The notes beneath the pieces were generated by a model. The model was not told where the DNA came from. It made no database searches and saw nothing but the letters and a program-made list of their open reading frames with translations. A stretch of 49,664 nt of DNA from an uncultured Lautropia sp. (GTDB taxonomy: Bacteria; Pseudomonadota; Gammaproteobacteria; Burkholderiales; Burkholderiaceae_E): NCBI GenBank assembly GCA_938046755.1, contig CALIXC010000260.1, positions 1 to 49,664 on the forward strand. Reading direction: 5' to 3'. Positions 28,596 through 39,555 of the stretch are shown here, one piece after another. Within the stretch, counting starts at the first letter, position 1. The number at the start of each line of letters is the position of its first letter. The position numbers and the translations under genes are program-made.

Positions 28596-29561
28596 ATGGA
28601 CATTCTTTTCATCCTCGATCCCTTCGATTCCCTCAAGCCCAAGAAAGAGACCAGCATCGCCATGATGCGGGCTGCCGTAGCGCGCGGCCACCGGGTCTTT
28701 GGCTGCCTGCAGGGTGACATCAGTCTGGATCAGGGCAAGGTCACGGCCCGGGTGACCCCGCTGGAGCTGACCGGCGAGCTCTCCCCCTGGTACAAGGCCG
28801 GCGAGGTGCGCACCGAGCCGCTGTCGGTCTTCGATGCCGTGCTGATGCGCAAGGATCCGCCCTTCGACATGGAATATGTCTATTCCACCTACATGCTGGA
28901 GCGGGCGGTCGAGCAGGGGGCCCGGGTCTACAACAATCCGGCCGCCATTCGCGACCATAATGAGAAATTCTCCATTACGGCCTATCCGCAGCTGACCACC
29001 GACGTGATGGTCACGCGCGATCCCGCACGGCTGCGCGAGTTCGTCGCCCGCCATGGCGAGGCGGTGCTGAAGCTGCTGGACGGCATGGGCGGGGCGTCCA
29101 TCTTCCGGGCACGTCAGGATGACCCCAACCTGTCGGTCATTCTGGAAACGATGAACCGCTTTGGCACGCGCACCGTGATGGCGCAGCGCTACCTGCCGGC
29201 CATCGCGCAGGGCGACAAGCGCATCCTGCTCATCGACGGCGAAGTGGTGCCGCATGCGCTGGCGCGCATTCCGCAGGCTGGCGAGGCTCGGGGCAACATG
29301 GCGGCCGGCGGCAAGCCGGTGGCGCGGCAGCCGTCGGCGCGTGATGAAGAGATCGCCCGCTATCTGGGCCCGCGCCTGGCAGCCAAGGGACTTTTCCTGG
29401 TGGGTCTGGACGTGATCGGCGACAGCCTCACCGAGATCAACGTCACCAGTCCCACCGGGTTCATGGAGATCACTGCACAGACCGGCTTCGACGTGCCCGA
29501 TTTCTTCATCGCACAGCTGGAAAGGCGTGTGGCGGCCGATCGTTCCGCCGCTGGGGCCTGA
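28596..29561 (+). CDS. gshB: Glutathione synthetase
   Basis: LMRKDPPFDMEY, NEK, LDGMGG, GDKRILL, RGNMAAGG, GLDVIG, EINVTSPTG. Confidence 0.95.
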   Translation: MDILFILDPFDSLKPKKETSIAMMRAAVARGHRVFGCLQGDISLDQGKVTARVTPLELTGELSPWYKAGEVRTEPLSVFDAVLMRKDPPFDMEYVYSTYMLERAVEQGARVYNNPAAIRDHNEKFSITAYPQLTTDVMVTRDPARLREFVARHGEAVLKLLDGMGGASIFRARQDDPNLSVILETMNRFGTRTVMAQRYLPAIAQGDKRILLIDGEVVPHALARIPQAGEARGNMAAGGKPVARQPSARDEEIARYLGPRLAAKGLFLVGLDVIGDSLTEINVTSPTGFMEITAQTGFDVPDFFIAQLERRVAADRSAAGA

Positions 29562-29573
29562 GCGGGAACATCC

Positions 29574-30104
29574 ATGATTTCGGTGCTGATCATCGCGCAT
29601 CAGCCCCTGGCCACGGCGCTCCTGGGGTGCTGTCGGCACGTCTATCGTGGCCTGCCGATGCAGGCGGCTGCGCTGGATATCATTCCCGACGAGGATCCCG
29701 ATCAGGCACTGCGCGAGGCGCGGGCGCTGGCCAGTCGCATCAATGACGGCAGCGGCCAGGTGGTGCTGACCGATCTGTACGGTGCCACGCCGTCGCGCAT
29801 TGCCATGCAGATGGCCGTGCCGGGCCGGGTCAGTGTCCTCTACGGCGTCAACCTGCCCATCCTGCTGAAAGTGTTCAACTATCGGGCGCGCCTGCCCCTG
29901 GTCGAGCTGGAGTCGTTGGTGCTGCGTGATGCGGTCGACGGCATCGGGCGGGTCGATACCGGATATCCCGGGCGTCGGCTGGACAGGGCGCAGCAACCCG
30001 ATGGCGCGTCTGACCCGGAAGCGCCCTCCACATCGTCAACCTCCGTGCGAAACGGCTGCTCCCCACTGTCCGACACCCCACCCTCCAACCCCTCGCATTC
30101 ATGA
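29574..30104 (+). CDS. PTS EIIA component, mannose/fructose type
   Basis: LIIAH, LTDLYGATPS, GVNLP; low-complexity C-terminal tail overlapping ptsH. Confidence 0.85.
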   Translation: MISVLIIAHQPLATALLGCCRHVYRGLPMQAAALDIIPDEDPDQALREARALASRINDGSGQVVLTDLYGATPSRIAMQMAVPGRVSVLYGVNLPILLKVFNYRARLPLVELESLVLRDAVDGIGRVDTGYPGRRLDRAQQPDGASDPEAPSTSSTSVRNGCSPLSDTPPSNPSHS

Positions 30105-30382
30105 AAGAAGCCGAAGTCAGGATCGTCAACCGCCTCGGGATCCATGCCCGCCCGTCTGCTGCGCTCACGCAGCTGGCCGGCAAGTTCCAGTCGGGCGTGT
30201 GGTTCACCAAGGGCGCGCGGCGCGTCAATGGCAAGAGCATCATGGGGGTGATGATGCTGGCGGCTGCCTGCGGCACCGTACTCAAGATCGAGGTGGATGG
30301 CGAAGACGAGGATGCCGCACTGAAGGCACTGGTCGAGCTGATCGCGTCAGGCTTCGGTGAAGAACTTGGGGCCGGCGCATGA
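30101..30382 (+). CDS. ptsH: Phosphocarrier protein HPr
   Basis: GIHARPS (His15) and NGKSIMGVMML (Ser46). Confidence 0.93.
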   Translation: MKEAEVRIVNRLGIHARPSAALTQLAGKFQSGVWFTKGARRVNGKSIMGVMMLAAACGTVLKIEVDGEDEDAALKALVELIASGFGEELGAGA

Positions 30383-32145
30383 TGCAGACACTGGTCGGCG
30401 CGCCCATCGGTGGTGGCATCGTGCTGGGGCAGGCCTGTGTGCTGGATACTGCGCTCATCGACGTACCGCGCTACTACATCACCTCCGAGGAGGTGGCGGG
30501 CGAATGGGCCAGACTGGGCGAGGGCTGTGCCGCGGTCGAGGCCGAGCTGCAGGGCGTGGCTTCCCAGCTGCCGGCTGATGCGCCGACCGAGGCCCGGGCG
30601 CTCCTGGACGTGCAGCTGATGCTGCTGAACGATCCGGCGCTGATTGAAGCCGCCAAGTCTCGGGTCGAGAACGAGCGGCTCAACATCGAATGGGCGATTT
30701 CCGAGACAGCCGAGGAACTGATGGCACAATTCCGCGCCATCGAGGATCCCTACCTGAAAGAGCGTGGCCGTGACGTGGAACAGGTGGCTGACCGGCTGCT
30801 GAAGGCGCTGTCGGGCGCCAGCCAGCTGGGCGTTGGCCGTAACGGCGGTGGGGAGCCGTTGATCTACGTGGCCCAGGATCTGCAACCGGCCGATATGCTG
30901 CAGCTGCGCGGGGTGCTGGGCTTCGTGTTCGAGCAGGGTGGCATCCATTCGCACACGGCCATTCTGGCGCGCAGCCTGCGCGTGGCGGCCGTCACCGGCG
31001 TGGATGATGCGACCGGACGCATCCGAGATGGCGACTTCCTCATTCTGGACGGTGACGCCGGGAAGGTGATCGTCCGGCCCGACGAGGCGCTGCTGGTGCA
31101 GTATCGCGAACGCCAGCGTCAGGCGGCCGAGCGGGAGCGCCTGCTGGCGCGGCTGGCCGATGTGGCCTGCGTCACCCAGGATGGTTGCCGCGTCACCATG
31201 CTGGCCAACATCGAGCGGCCCGAAGAGGCCGAGGATGCCATGCACGTGGGGGCCGAGGGCATCGGGCTCTTCCGGTCCGAGTTCCTCTTCCTGAACCGCT
31301 GCCAGCTGCCTGACGAGGAAGAACAGTACCGGGCCTACCGCCAGGTGCTGGAGATCCTGCAGGGCCGTCCCGTCACCATCCGCACCATCGATGTGGGTGC
31401 CGACAAGATCCTGCCTGCCCAGGCGCTGATTCCCGGTGCCACATCGGCCCTGGGGCGGCGCGCCATCCGCTACAGCCTGGCCGAGCCCGAGATGTTCCTG
31501 GTGCAGTTGCGGGCGCTCCTGCGGGCCTCAGTTCATGGCAACCTGCAGATCCTGCTGCCGATGCTGACGCAGCCCCATGAGGTGGACGAGGCCATGCTGC
31601 TGCTGGCCCAGGCCCGCCAGGAGCTGGCCAGCCGTGGCGAACCGGTGGCCGAACACATCCCGGTGGGCGGCATGATCGAGGTGCCGGCTGCGGCGCTGTC
31701 GGCCGGCATCTTCGCCAGCAAGCTGGATTTCCTGGCCATCGGCACCAACGATCTGGTGCAGTACACCCTGGCCATCGACCGCACCGACCAGCGCATCGCT
31801 CACCTCTATGACGAGCTGCATCCGGCCGTACTGCGCCTGATCGCGCTGACCATCCGCGCCGCGCGCAAGGCCTCCAAACCTGTCTGTGTCTGCGGCGAGA
31901 TGGCCGGCGAGCACAGGGTGGCGCCGCTGCTGCTCGGCATGGGGCTACGATCCTTTTCCATCCTTCCGTCGCGCCTTCTGCGCGTCAAAAACGAAGTGCT
32001 CAAGGTCGATACCCGCCAGCTCACGCCGCTGGTGCGTCGCATGCTGGTGCAGGACGACCTGGGCAGCATCCGCCGCGGTCTGGCCTGCTTGGGCATCGAG
32101 GATGCCTCGACCATGCCCTCATTTTCTGGAGCCGTCAACGCATGA
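30379..32145 (+). CDS. ptsI: PEP-protein phosphotransferase (EI)
   Basis: [41 protein letters not shown]. Confidence 0.93.
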   Translation: MMQTLVGAPIGGGIVLGQACVLDTALIDVPRYYITSEEVAGEWARLGEGCAAVEAELQGVASQLPADAPTEARALLDVQLMLLNDPALIEAAKSRVENERLNIEWAISETAEELMAQFRAIEDPYLKERGRDVEQVADRLLKALSGASQLGVGRNGGGEPLIYVAQDLQPADMLQLRGVLGFVFEQGGIHSHTAILARSLRVAAVTGVDDATGRIRDGDFLILDGDAGKVIVRPDEALLVQYRERQRQAAERERLLARLADVACVTQDGCRVTMLANIERPEEAEDAMHVGAEGIGLFRSEFLFLNRCQLPDEEEQYRAYRQVLEILQGRPVTIRTIDVGADKILPAQALIPGATSALGRRAIRYSLAEPEMFLVQLRALLRASVHGNLQILLPMLTQPHEVDEAMLLLAQARQELASRGEPVAEHIPVGGMIEVPAAALSAGIFASKLDFLAIGTNDLVQYTLAIDRTDQRIAHLYDELHPAVLRLIALTIRAARKASKPVCVCGEMAGEHRVAPLLLGMGLRSFSILPSRLLRVKNEVLKVDTRQLTPLVRRMLVQDDLGSIRRGLACLGIEDASTMPSFSGAVNA

Positions 32146-33266
32146 GTCTGCTGGTCACGCCCGTCCGGCATCGCTTCGAGGAACCGCTGCCGCTGACCAG
32201 CGGCGGACAGTTCGGGCCGTATGAGCTGGTCTACGAGACCTACGGTACCCTCAACGCGCAGCGCAGCAATGCTGTCCTCATCTGCCATGCCCTCAACGCC
32301 TCGCACCACGTGGCCGGCCTCACGGCCGGCACGGCCGACGAGCATGGGTGGTGGTCCAACATGGTCGGCCCGGGCAAGCCGGTCGATACCGACCGCTTCT
32401 TCGTCATCGGCGTCAACAACCTGGGCAGCTGCTTCGGCTCCACGGGGCCCAAGTCCGCCGATCCGGCCACCGGCCGGCCCTATGGCCCGAGCTTCCCGGT
32501 CATCACCGTCGAGGACTGGGTGCACAGCCAGGCACGCCTGGCCGATGCGCTGGGCATCGAGCGCTTCGCCGCCGTCATGGGCGGTTCGCTGGGGGGTATG
32601 CAGGCCCTGGCCTGGAGCTACCTCTATCCTGAGCGCCTGGCCCACTGCGTGGCCATTGCTACGGCACCGCGCCTGTCGGCCCAGAACATCGCGTTCAACG
32701 AAGTGGCGCGCCGCGCCATCGTCACCGATCCCGACTTTCACGGCGGACGGTACTACGACCACGACACCGTGCCCGCCCATGGCCTGCAGGTGGCGCGGAT
32801 GATCGGCCACATCACCTATCTGTCCGATGACACCATGGCCGAGAAGTTCGGCCGGATGCTCAAGCACGGACACTACGGATTTTCCTTTGACGTCGAATTC
32901 GAGATCGAGAGCTATCTTCGCTATCAGGGTGAAAAATTCTCGCGCTACTTCGACGCCAACACCTATCTGCTGTTCACCCGTGCGCTGGACTACTTCGATC
33001 CGGCCCGTGCCACCGGCGGTGACCTGGTCAAGGCGCTCTCACCGGCCCAGTGTGCTTTTCTGGTGGCTTCGTTCACCACCGACTGGCGCTTCTCGCCGGC
33101 GCGCAGCCACGAGATCGTCAAGGCGCTGCTGGCCAACCGTTCGCCTGTCACCTATGCTGAGATCGACGCGCCCCACGGCCACGACGCCTTCCTGCTGGAC
33201 GACGCCCGTTACCACAGCCTTGTACGCAGCTACTTCGACCGCATCCATTCGGGGGTAAACGCCTGA
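32142..33266 (+). CDS. metX: Homoserine O-acyltransferase MetX
   Basis: [20 protein letters not shown] nucleophile elbow, [14 protein letters not shown]. Confidence 0.93.
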   Translation: MSLLVTPVRHRFEEPLPLTSGGQFGPYELVYETYGTLNAQRSNAVLICHALNASHHVAGLTAGTADEHGWWSNMVGPGKPVDTDRFFVIGVNNLGSCFGSTGPKSADPATGRPYGPSFPVITVEDWVHSQARLADALGIERFAAVMGGSLGGMQALAWSYLYPERLAHCVAIATAPRLSAQNIAFNEVARRAIVTDPDFHGGRYYDHDTVPAHGLQVARMIGHITYLSDDTMAEKFGRMLKHGHYGFSFDVEFEIESYLRYQGEKFSRYFDANTYLLFTRALDYFDPARATGGDLVKALSPAQCAFLVASFTTDWRFSPARSHEIVKALLANRSPVTYAEIDAPHGHDAFLLDDARYHSLVRSYFDRIHSGVNA

Positions 33267-33874
33267 TGTCTGCTGAAACCCCAGAACTGCGGGCCGACCT
33301 GGCCGTCATTGCCGACTGGATCCGTCCCTATGCCAACGTGCTCGACCTGGGCTGCGGCGATGGCGCCCTGCTAGCCTACCTCTCCCAGGTCAAGCATTGT
33401 CACGGCTACGGTGTCGAGATCGACGATGCTGAGGTGCTGGCCTGTGCCCGACGTGGCGTGGACGTGATCCAGCGCAACATCGAGGACGGCCTGGGCATGT
33501 TCCGCGGCGGCGACAAGTTCGACGTGGTGGTGCTGTCCATGGCCCTGCAGGCCACCAAGCGTACCGAGAAGGTGCTCGACGACATGAGCCACGTGGCGCG
33601 CGAGGGCATTGTCTCATTCCCCAACTTCGGCCACTGGTTCCACGTTTGGTCCATCCTGCGCGGGCGCATGCCCATCACGCGTGAGATGCCCTACGAGTGG
33701 TTCGACACCCCAAACCTGCACCTCACCACGCCACATGACTTCGAGGATCTGGCCGAGCGGCTGGGTCTGGTGATCATGGAACGCATCTTCCTAGCCGAGG
33801 GGCGGCCGGTGCGCTGGTTCCCGGTCAAGCGAGCCACCCAGGCCATCTATCGCTTCCGCCGGCATGGCGACTGA
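33266..33874 (+). CDS. metW: Methionine biosynthesis protein MetW
   Basis: VLDLGCGDG, IVSFPNFGHW, WFDTPNLH; coupled to metX. Confidence 0.92.
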   Translation: MSAETPELRADLAVIADWIRPYANVLDLGCGDGALLAYLSQVKHCHGYGVEIDDAEVLACARRGVDVIQRNIEDGLGMFRGGDKFDVVVLSMALQATKRTEKVLDDMSHVAREGIVSFPNFGHWFHVWSILRGRMPITREMPYEWFDTPNLHLTTPHDFEDLAERLGLVIMERIFLAEGRPVRWFPVKRATQAIYRFRRHGD

Positions 33875-34442
33875 CGGTAGGGCGGACTGAAGGCGAGGTA
33901 TTTTCGAGGGCCTACCGTCCGAGTTGCACGGGGGACCGACCGAGCGGCCCCAGCGTGCCTACTGGGCTGGCAGACGCACGATGTCGGAGCCAATCTCTCG
34001 GCCGGGTACGGCCCTATTCCCGGTGTCCGTCAGGGAGAACGTCGCCCACAAACCACACCGACTCCCGAATGCGTTGTTGTTGAATGACAAAAATTTGCTT
34101 TTGAATGGTTTCTCGTAACGCAATACCGATGCAGATGAATGCCAATGTTGCGTGAGATACCGTTTGTAATCGTTGTACGCAGAACAGCCAGATAATGCGT
34201 TAATTGCAGCTGCGGCGTCTGATCGCGCTGTCCGGAAAAAACGCCGGGCGGGGCCTTCGGAACCGCACTCAACGCAACCAGCCAGGGACCGCCTTCACCT
34301 CTTCCGTACCCGTCTTTCCCGCCCGGACCGGCAAGTCCGGACACGCCGCCCGATAGCCCATGGCGCCAGGCAGAAGGGGAAGGCCCAGCCCACAGGGACA
34401 GGCAGAAGCGCACCCAGGCAACGGGATCAGAGGAGTGATTAG

Positions 34443-34871
34443 ATGCCACAAGTCGACAGAAGCGCACGGTATTCCGAGTACCGGGTATGGGGATTGGGCC
34501 AACGCGGAACACCGCTTGAAATCTATGATCCCGCCCGCTTCCCAGCCATCGCTCAGGTCATCGAGCACTTGGGGGGGCGCTTGCTGGAAATCCGCGGCGA
34601 AGGCGAGCCCATCCAGATCGCCCTGGCCGAAGGCCGTCGCACCGATGATCCCGACGCCGTCAATCGTCGCTTCACGCCGTTCTTCTCGTCCCTCACCTCG
34701 CTGGACTTCTTCTGCAAGCTGAACCTGCAGACCTACCTGTCGGTGGACTCTGACACCGCACCGCGTCGCTGGTTCTGGCAGGAAGAGACCCAGGCCGGCT
34801 ATCGTTCTTCGGGTGTCGGCTCCATCGTCAACGAGACCTCGGTCAGCATCGCCCGCAGCGCTGGGCACTGA
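34443..34871 (+). CDS. Hypothetical protein (142 aa)
   Basis: GAGGAG RBS, host-like GC3 usage, no recognisable domain. Confidence 0.65.
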   Translation: MPQVDRSARYSEYRVWGLGQRGTPLEIYDPARFPAIAQVIEHLGGRLLEIRGEGEPIQIALAEGRRTDDPDAVNRRFTPFFSSLTSLDFFCKLNLQTYLSVDSDTAPRRWFWQEETQAGYRSSGVGSIVNETSVSIARSAGH

Positions 34872-35011
34872 AGTCGTCTTGATCGTCTCGCGGTTCCGTC
34901 CACCACGGGGCGGGGTTGCCTCCCTGATGGCCTTGTCGGCATGAGGCATCGATTTTCGCTTTTCAAAAAACGGCAAAGCGCCGACACAGCGGCAAGGTAC
35001 CGTCCGGATCT

Positions 35012-35299
35012 TCAGTGCAGCTTGTGCAGCCGGATCTCGTTGTAGCCGAACGTGCTGCGCAGCGATTGCGCCGCATAGGCCTGGCACAGTTCGCGGGCAG
35101 CGGTCTGCACGTCTTCCGGCACCGCTTCGCACAGGATCACTCGAAGCAGGCCTTCCGCGATCAGATCAAAATCGGCGTGCCGCCCCTGGCTTGGGGCCTC
35201 GTTCATCAGCCGCCAGAGATCGGCTACCACCGTCGTGGGATGCTCATCGACGAACAGTCGCAGTTCCGATGGATTGTCCTGGGACATCTGTGCGCTCAT
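35012..35299 (-). CDS. Hypothetical protein (95 aa)
   Basis: Helical-looking ORF with host-like codons, convergent on 34443..34871; no recognisable domain. Confidence 0.55.
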   Translation of the reverse strand: MSAQMSQDNPSELRLFVDEHPTTVVADLWRLMNEAPSQGRHADFDLIAEGLLRVILCEAVPEDVQTAARELCQAYAAQSLRSTFGYNEIRLHKLH

Positions 35300-35736
35300 G
35301 AGAGAAAGGCGGCTACAAATCGTAGAGGCAAGAATGCTACGGTATTTGCCAATACCGCATTCGCAGCATAGTTATCTGCCGCAACACGATCATCTGAACG
35401 GTTTCGAACAGGCCACGAACGGCGGGTAAGAGCAGGATTTTCCATCATCCCGGTTTTTCACGGACAGCGTGTGGGTTAATCCCCTTGCTCATGGGGTTTT
35501 AGGAAATGAGAGAGGGAACGATTCCTGTCAGTGTTCTGAACTGAGCCGCGTGTTCCGCATTACCCCGGACTGGCGGGTGGAGGATGTCCATGGCGCGTAA
35601 AATCCGGGGGCGAACCTGAAGCATTTCTGAGCTTGCCGCCTTCCCGGCGCATGGCCGCGCCGGGGTCATCCCGGCATCTTCTGCGCGCCATGACCCGGCT
35701 CGTATCCGGCGTCAGCCTCCATCGGGCACCACCATC

Positions 35737-36966
35737 ATGTCAGATCAAGCAACCGCCGCCGATGTGCTGGTCATCGGCATGGGGCCCGTGGGCCTCTATC
35801 AGATCTTCCAGCTGGGACTCCTGGGCTTGCGCGTGGCCGCCGTCGAGTCGTTGCCGGAACCGGGCGGCCAGTGTCGTGCGCTCTATGCCGACAAGCTGAT
35901 CCATGACATTCCGGGCCTACCGATGGTCTCGGCACAGCAGCTGTCCGACACCCTGTTTCAGCAGATCCAGCCCCTGTACCCTGAACTGCACTTCGGGCAG
36001 GTGGCGCAGGCACTGCGCCCCTGGCAGGAGGACGGCGTGCGACGGGGCTTCGAGCTGACGACCCATACGGGTCTGTGCCTGCGTGCCCGTGCCGTGGTGC
36101 TGGCGGCGGGTGCCGGTGCCTATCAGCGCCGCCCGCTGGACCTGCCGGGGGCCAGGCAATGGCGGGGTACGCAGATCTTCGGGGAGCCCATGCCGGCCGA
36201 GCGCTTTGCCGGCCAGCATGTGGCGGTGATGGGGGGCGGCAACGAGGCCATCGACCAGTGCCTGGCGCTGGTGGCTGCCGGTGCGGCCGGCGTCAGCCTG
36301 GTGCATCGCCGTGCCCGTTTCAGCCGCTTCACCACGGATGCGGCGCGAGTGCAGGCCATCGAGGAGCAGACTGCCGTCGGCCGTGTCCGGCTCGTGGTCG
36401 GCCAGCCGGTGCGGCTGGTGGGCGAGCCTGAGTCCGGCGCCACACCCCGCCGGGACGAGTGCGATGCCGACGAGGGCGGGAAGGATCCCGGCAGAACGGA
36501 AAAAGAAGGGTCGGGCGCTGGTGTCGCACAGGACGGTGTGCCGGCCGGCCGCCTGCGCGCCCTGGTCGTGGCCGATGCCGACGATGGCCACGAGATCGAG
36601 GTGCCGCTGGATGCGTTGATTCTCTGCCAGGGCCTCAATCCTACACTGGCGCCGCTGGAGAGCTGGCAGTTGCCCATGGAAGGACGCTACCTGCCGGTGG
36701 ACCCGGCCACCATGGCCAGTGCCATCCCCGGCATCTATGCCGTGGGAGACATTTGCACCTATCCGGGCAAGCTCAAGCTCATCGTCAGTGGCTTTGCCGA
36801 GGCCGCTCGCGCCGCCCAGAGCGTGGCGCAGTTCATCGCAGGCAAGCCGTCGCTCTTCGAGTACACTGCCATCAGCCTGCGACAGCAGCGTCGGTTGGGC
36901 GTGCTGACCGAAGAGACGCTGGCCACCCGGCTGCGACCGCACCTGCATTTCCCCGAAGGACTCTGA
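35737..36966 (+). CDS. Ferredoxin-NADP+ reductase, TrxB-like (YumC type)
   Basis: IGMGPVG, GGQC.ALYADK.IHDIPG, GGGNEA, HRR, GIYAVGDI.TYPGKLKLI. Confidence 0.85.
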   Translation: MSDQATAADVLVIGMGPVGLYQIFQLGLLGLRVAAVESLPEPGGQCRALYADKLIHDIPGLPMVSAQQLSDTLFQQIQPLYPELHFGQVAQALRPWQEDGVRRGFELTTHTGLCLRARAVVLAAGAGAYQRRPLDLPGARQWRGTQIFGEPMPAERFAGQHVAVMGGGNEAIDQCLALVAAGAAGVSLVHRRARFSRFTTDAARVQAIEEQTAVGRVRLVVGQPVRLVGEPESGATPRRDECDADEGGKDPGRTEKEGSGAGVAQDGVPAGRLRALVVADADDGHEIEVPLDALILCQGLNPTLAPLESWQLPMEGRYLPVDPATMASAIPGIYAVGDICTYPGKLKLIVSGFAEAARAAQSVAQFIAGKPSLFEYTAISLRQQRRLGVLTEETLATRLRPHLHFPEGL

Positions 36967-36973
36967 ACACCGG

Positions 36974-38797
<1,824 letters not shown>

Positions 38798-38909
38798 GTG
38801 CCGGGGCCGCATGAGGCCTGATGGCCCAGGGGCTACATGTCAAGGAATTGACCCTGAAAGGGATGTCCAGGGGCTACCATGAACACCTTTGCATGATTTC
38901 CTGTCCGAC

Positions 38910-39497
38910 ATGACTCAGCCCTTCGCCCCGGTTCCGCTCAGCAAGGCCTTTCGTCTCATCAACCACGGTCCCGCCGTTCTCGTCTCTGCCCGCCACCAGG
39001 GTGTCTCCAACGTCATGGCGGCAGCCTGGGCCTGTGCGCTGGACTATGCGCCGCCCAAGCTCACCGTCGTTCTGGACAAGTCAGCCCGCACGCGGGAACT
39101 CATCGAGAAGAGCGGGCATTTCGTCATCCAGATTCCCACGGTCGCCCAGATCGAGCTGACCTACGAAGTGGGGCATCGCAGCCTGAGCAACGATCCAGAC
39201 AAGCTGGCGCATTGCGGTGTGACGCTGTTCGACATGGCCGGGTACGACCTGCCTTTCGTGCGCGGCTGCAGTGCCTGGATGGCCTGCCGACTGGTGCCTG
39301 AGTCGCACAACCAGCAGACCTATGATCTGTTCATTGGCGAAGTGGTGGGCGCCTGGGCCGACACGCGCGTCTTTCGGGATGGCCACTGGCATTTCGAGAC
39401 AGCGGATCCGTCACTGCGCAGCCTGCACTATGTGGCCGGTGGCCATTTCTATGCCATTGGCGAAGCGCTGGATGTGGCGGAAGGAAAGGCAGGGTAG
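38910..39497 (+). CDS. Flavin reductase family protein
   Basis: RLINHGP, NVMAAAW, YDLFIGEVV.AWAD, LHYVAGG. ATG 38910. Confidence 0.85.
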   Translation: MTQPFAPVPLSKAFRLINHGPAVLVSARHQGVSNVMAAAWACALDYAPPKLTVVLDKSARTRELIEKSGHFVIQIPTVAQIELTYEVGHRSLSNDPDKLAHCGVTLFDMAGYDLPFVRGCSAWMACRLVPESHNQQTYDLFIGEVVGAWADTRVFRDGHWHFETADPSLRSLHYVAGGHFYAIGEALDVAEGKAG

Positions 39498-39555
39498 GCG
39501 GCTGCGTGTCAGCGCTCAACGAAGCTGCCCTTCGGGGCAGCGGGCAGGGGCGACA

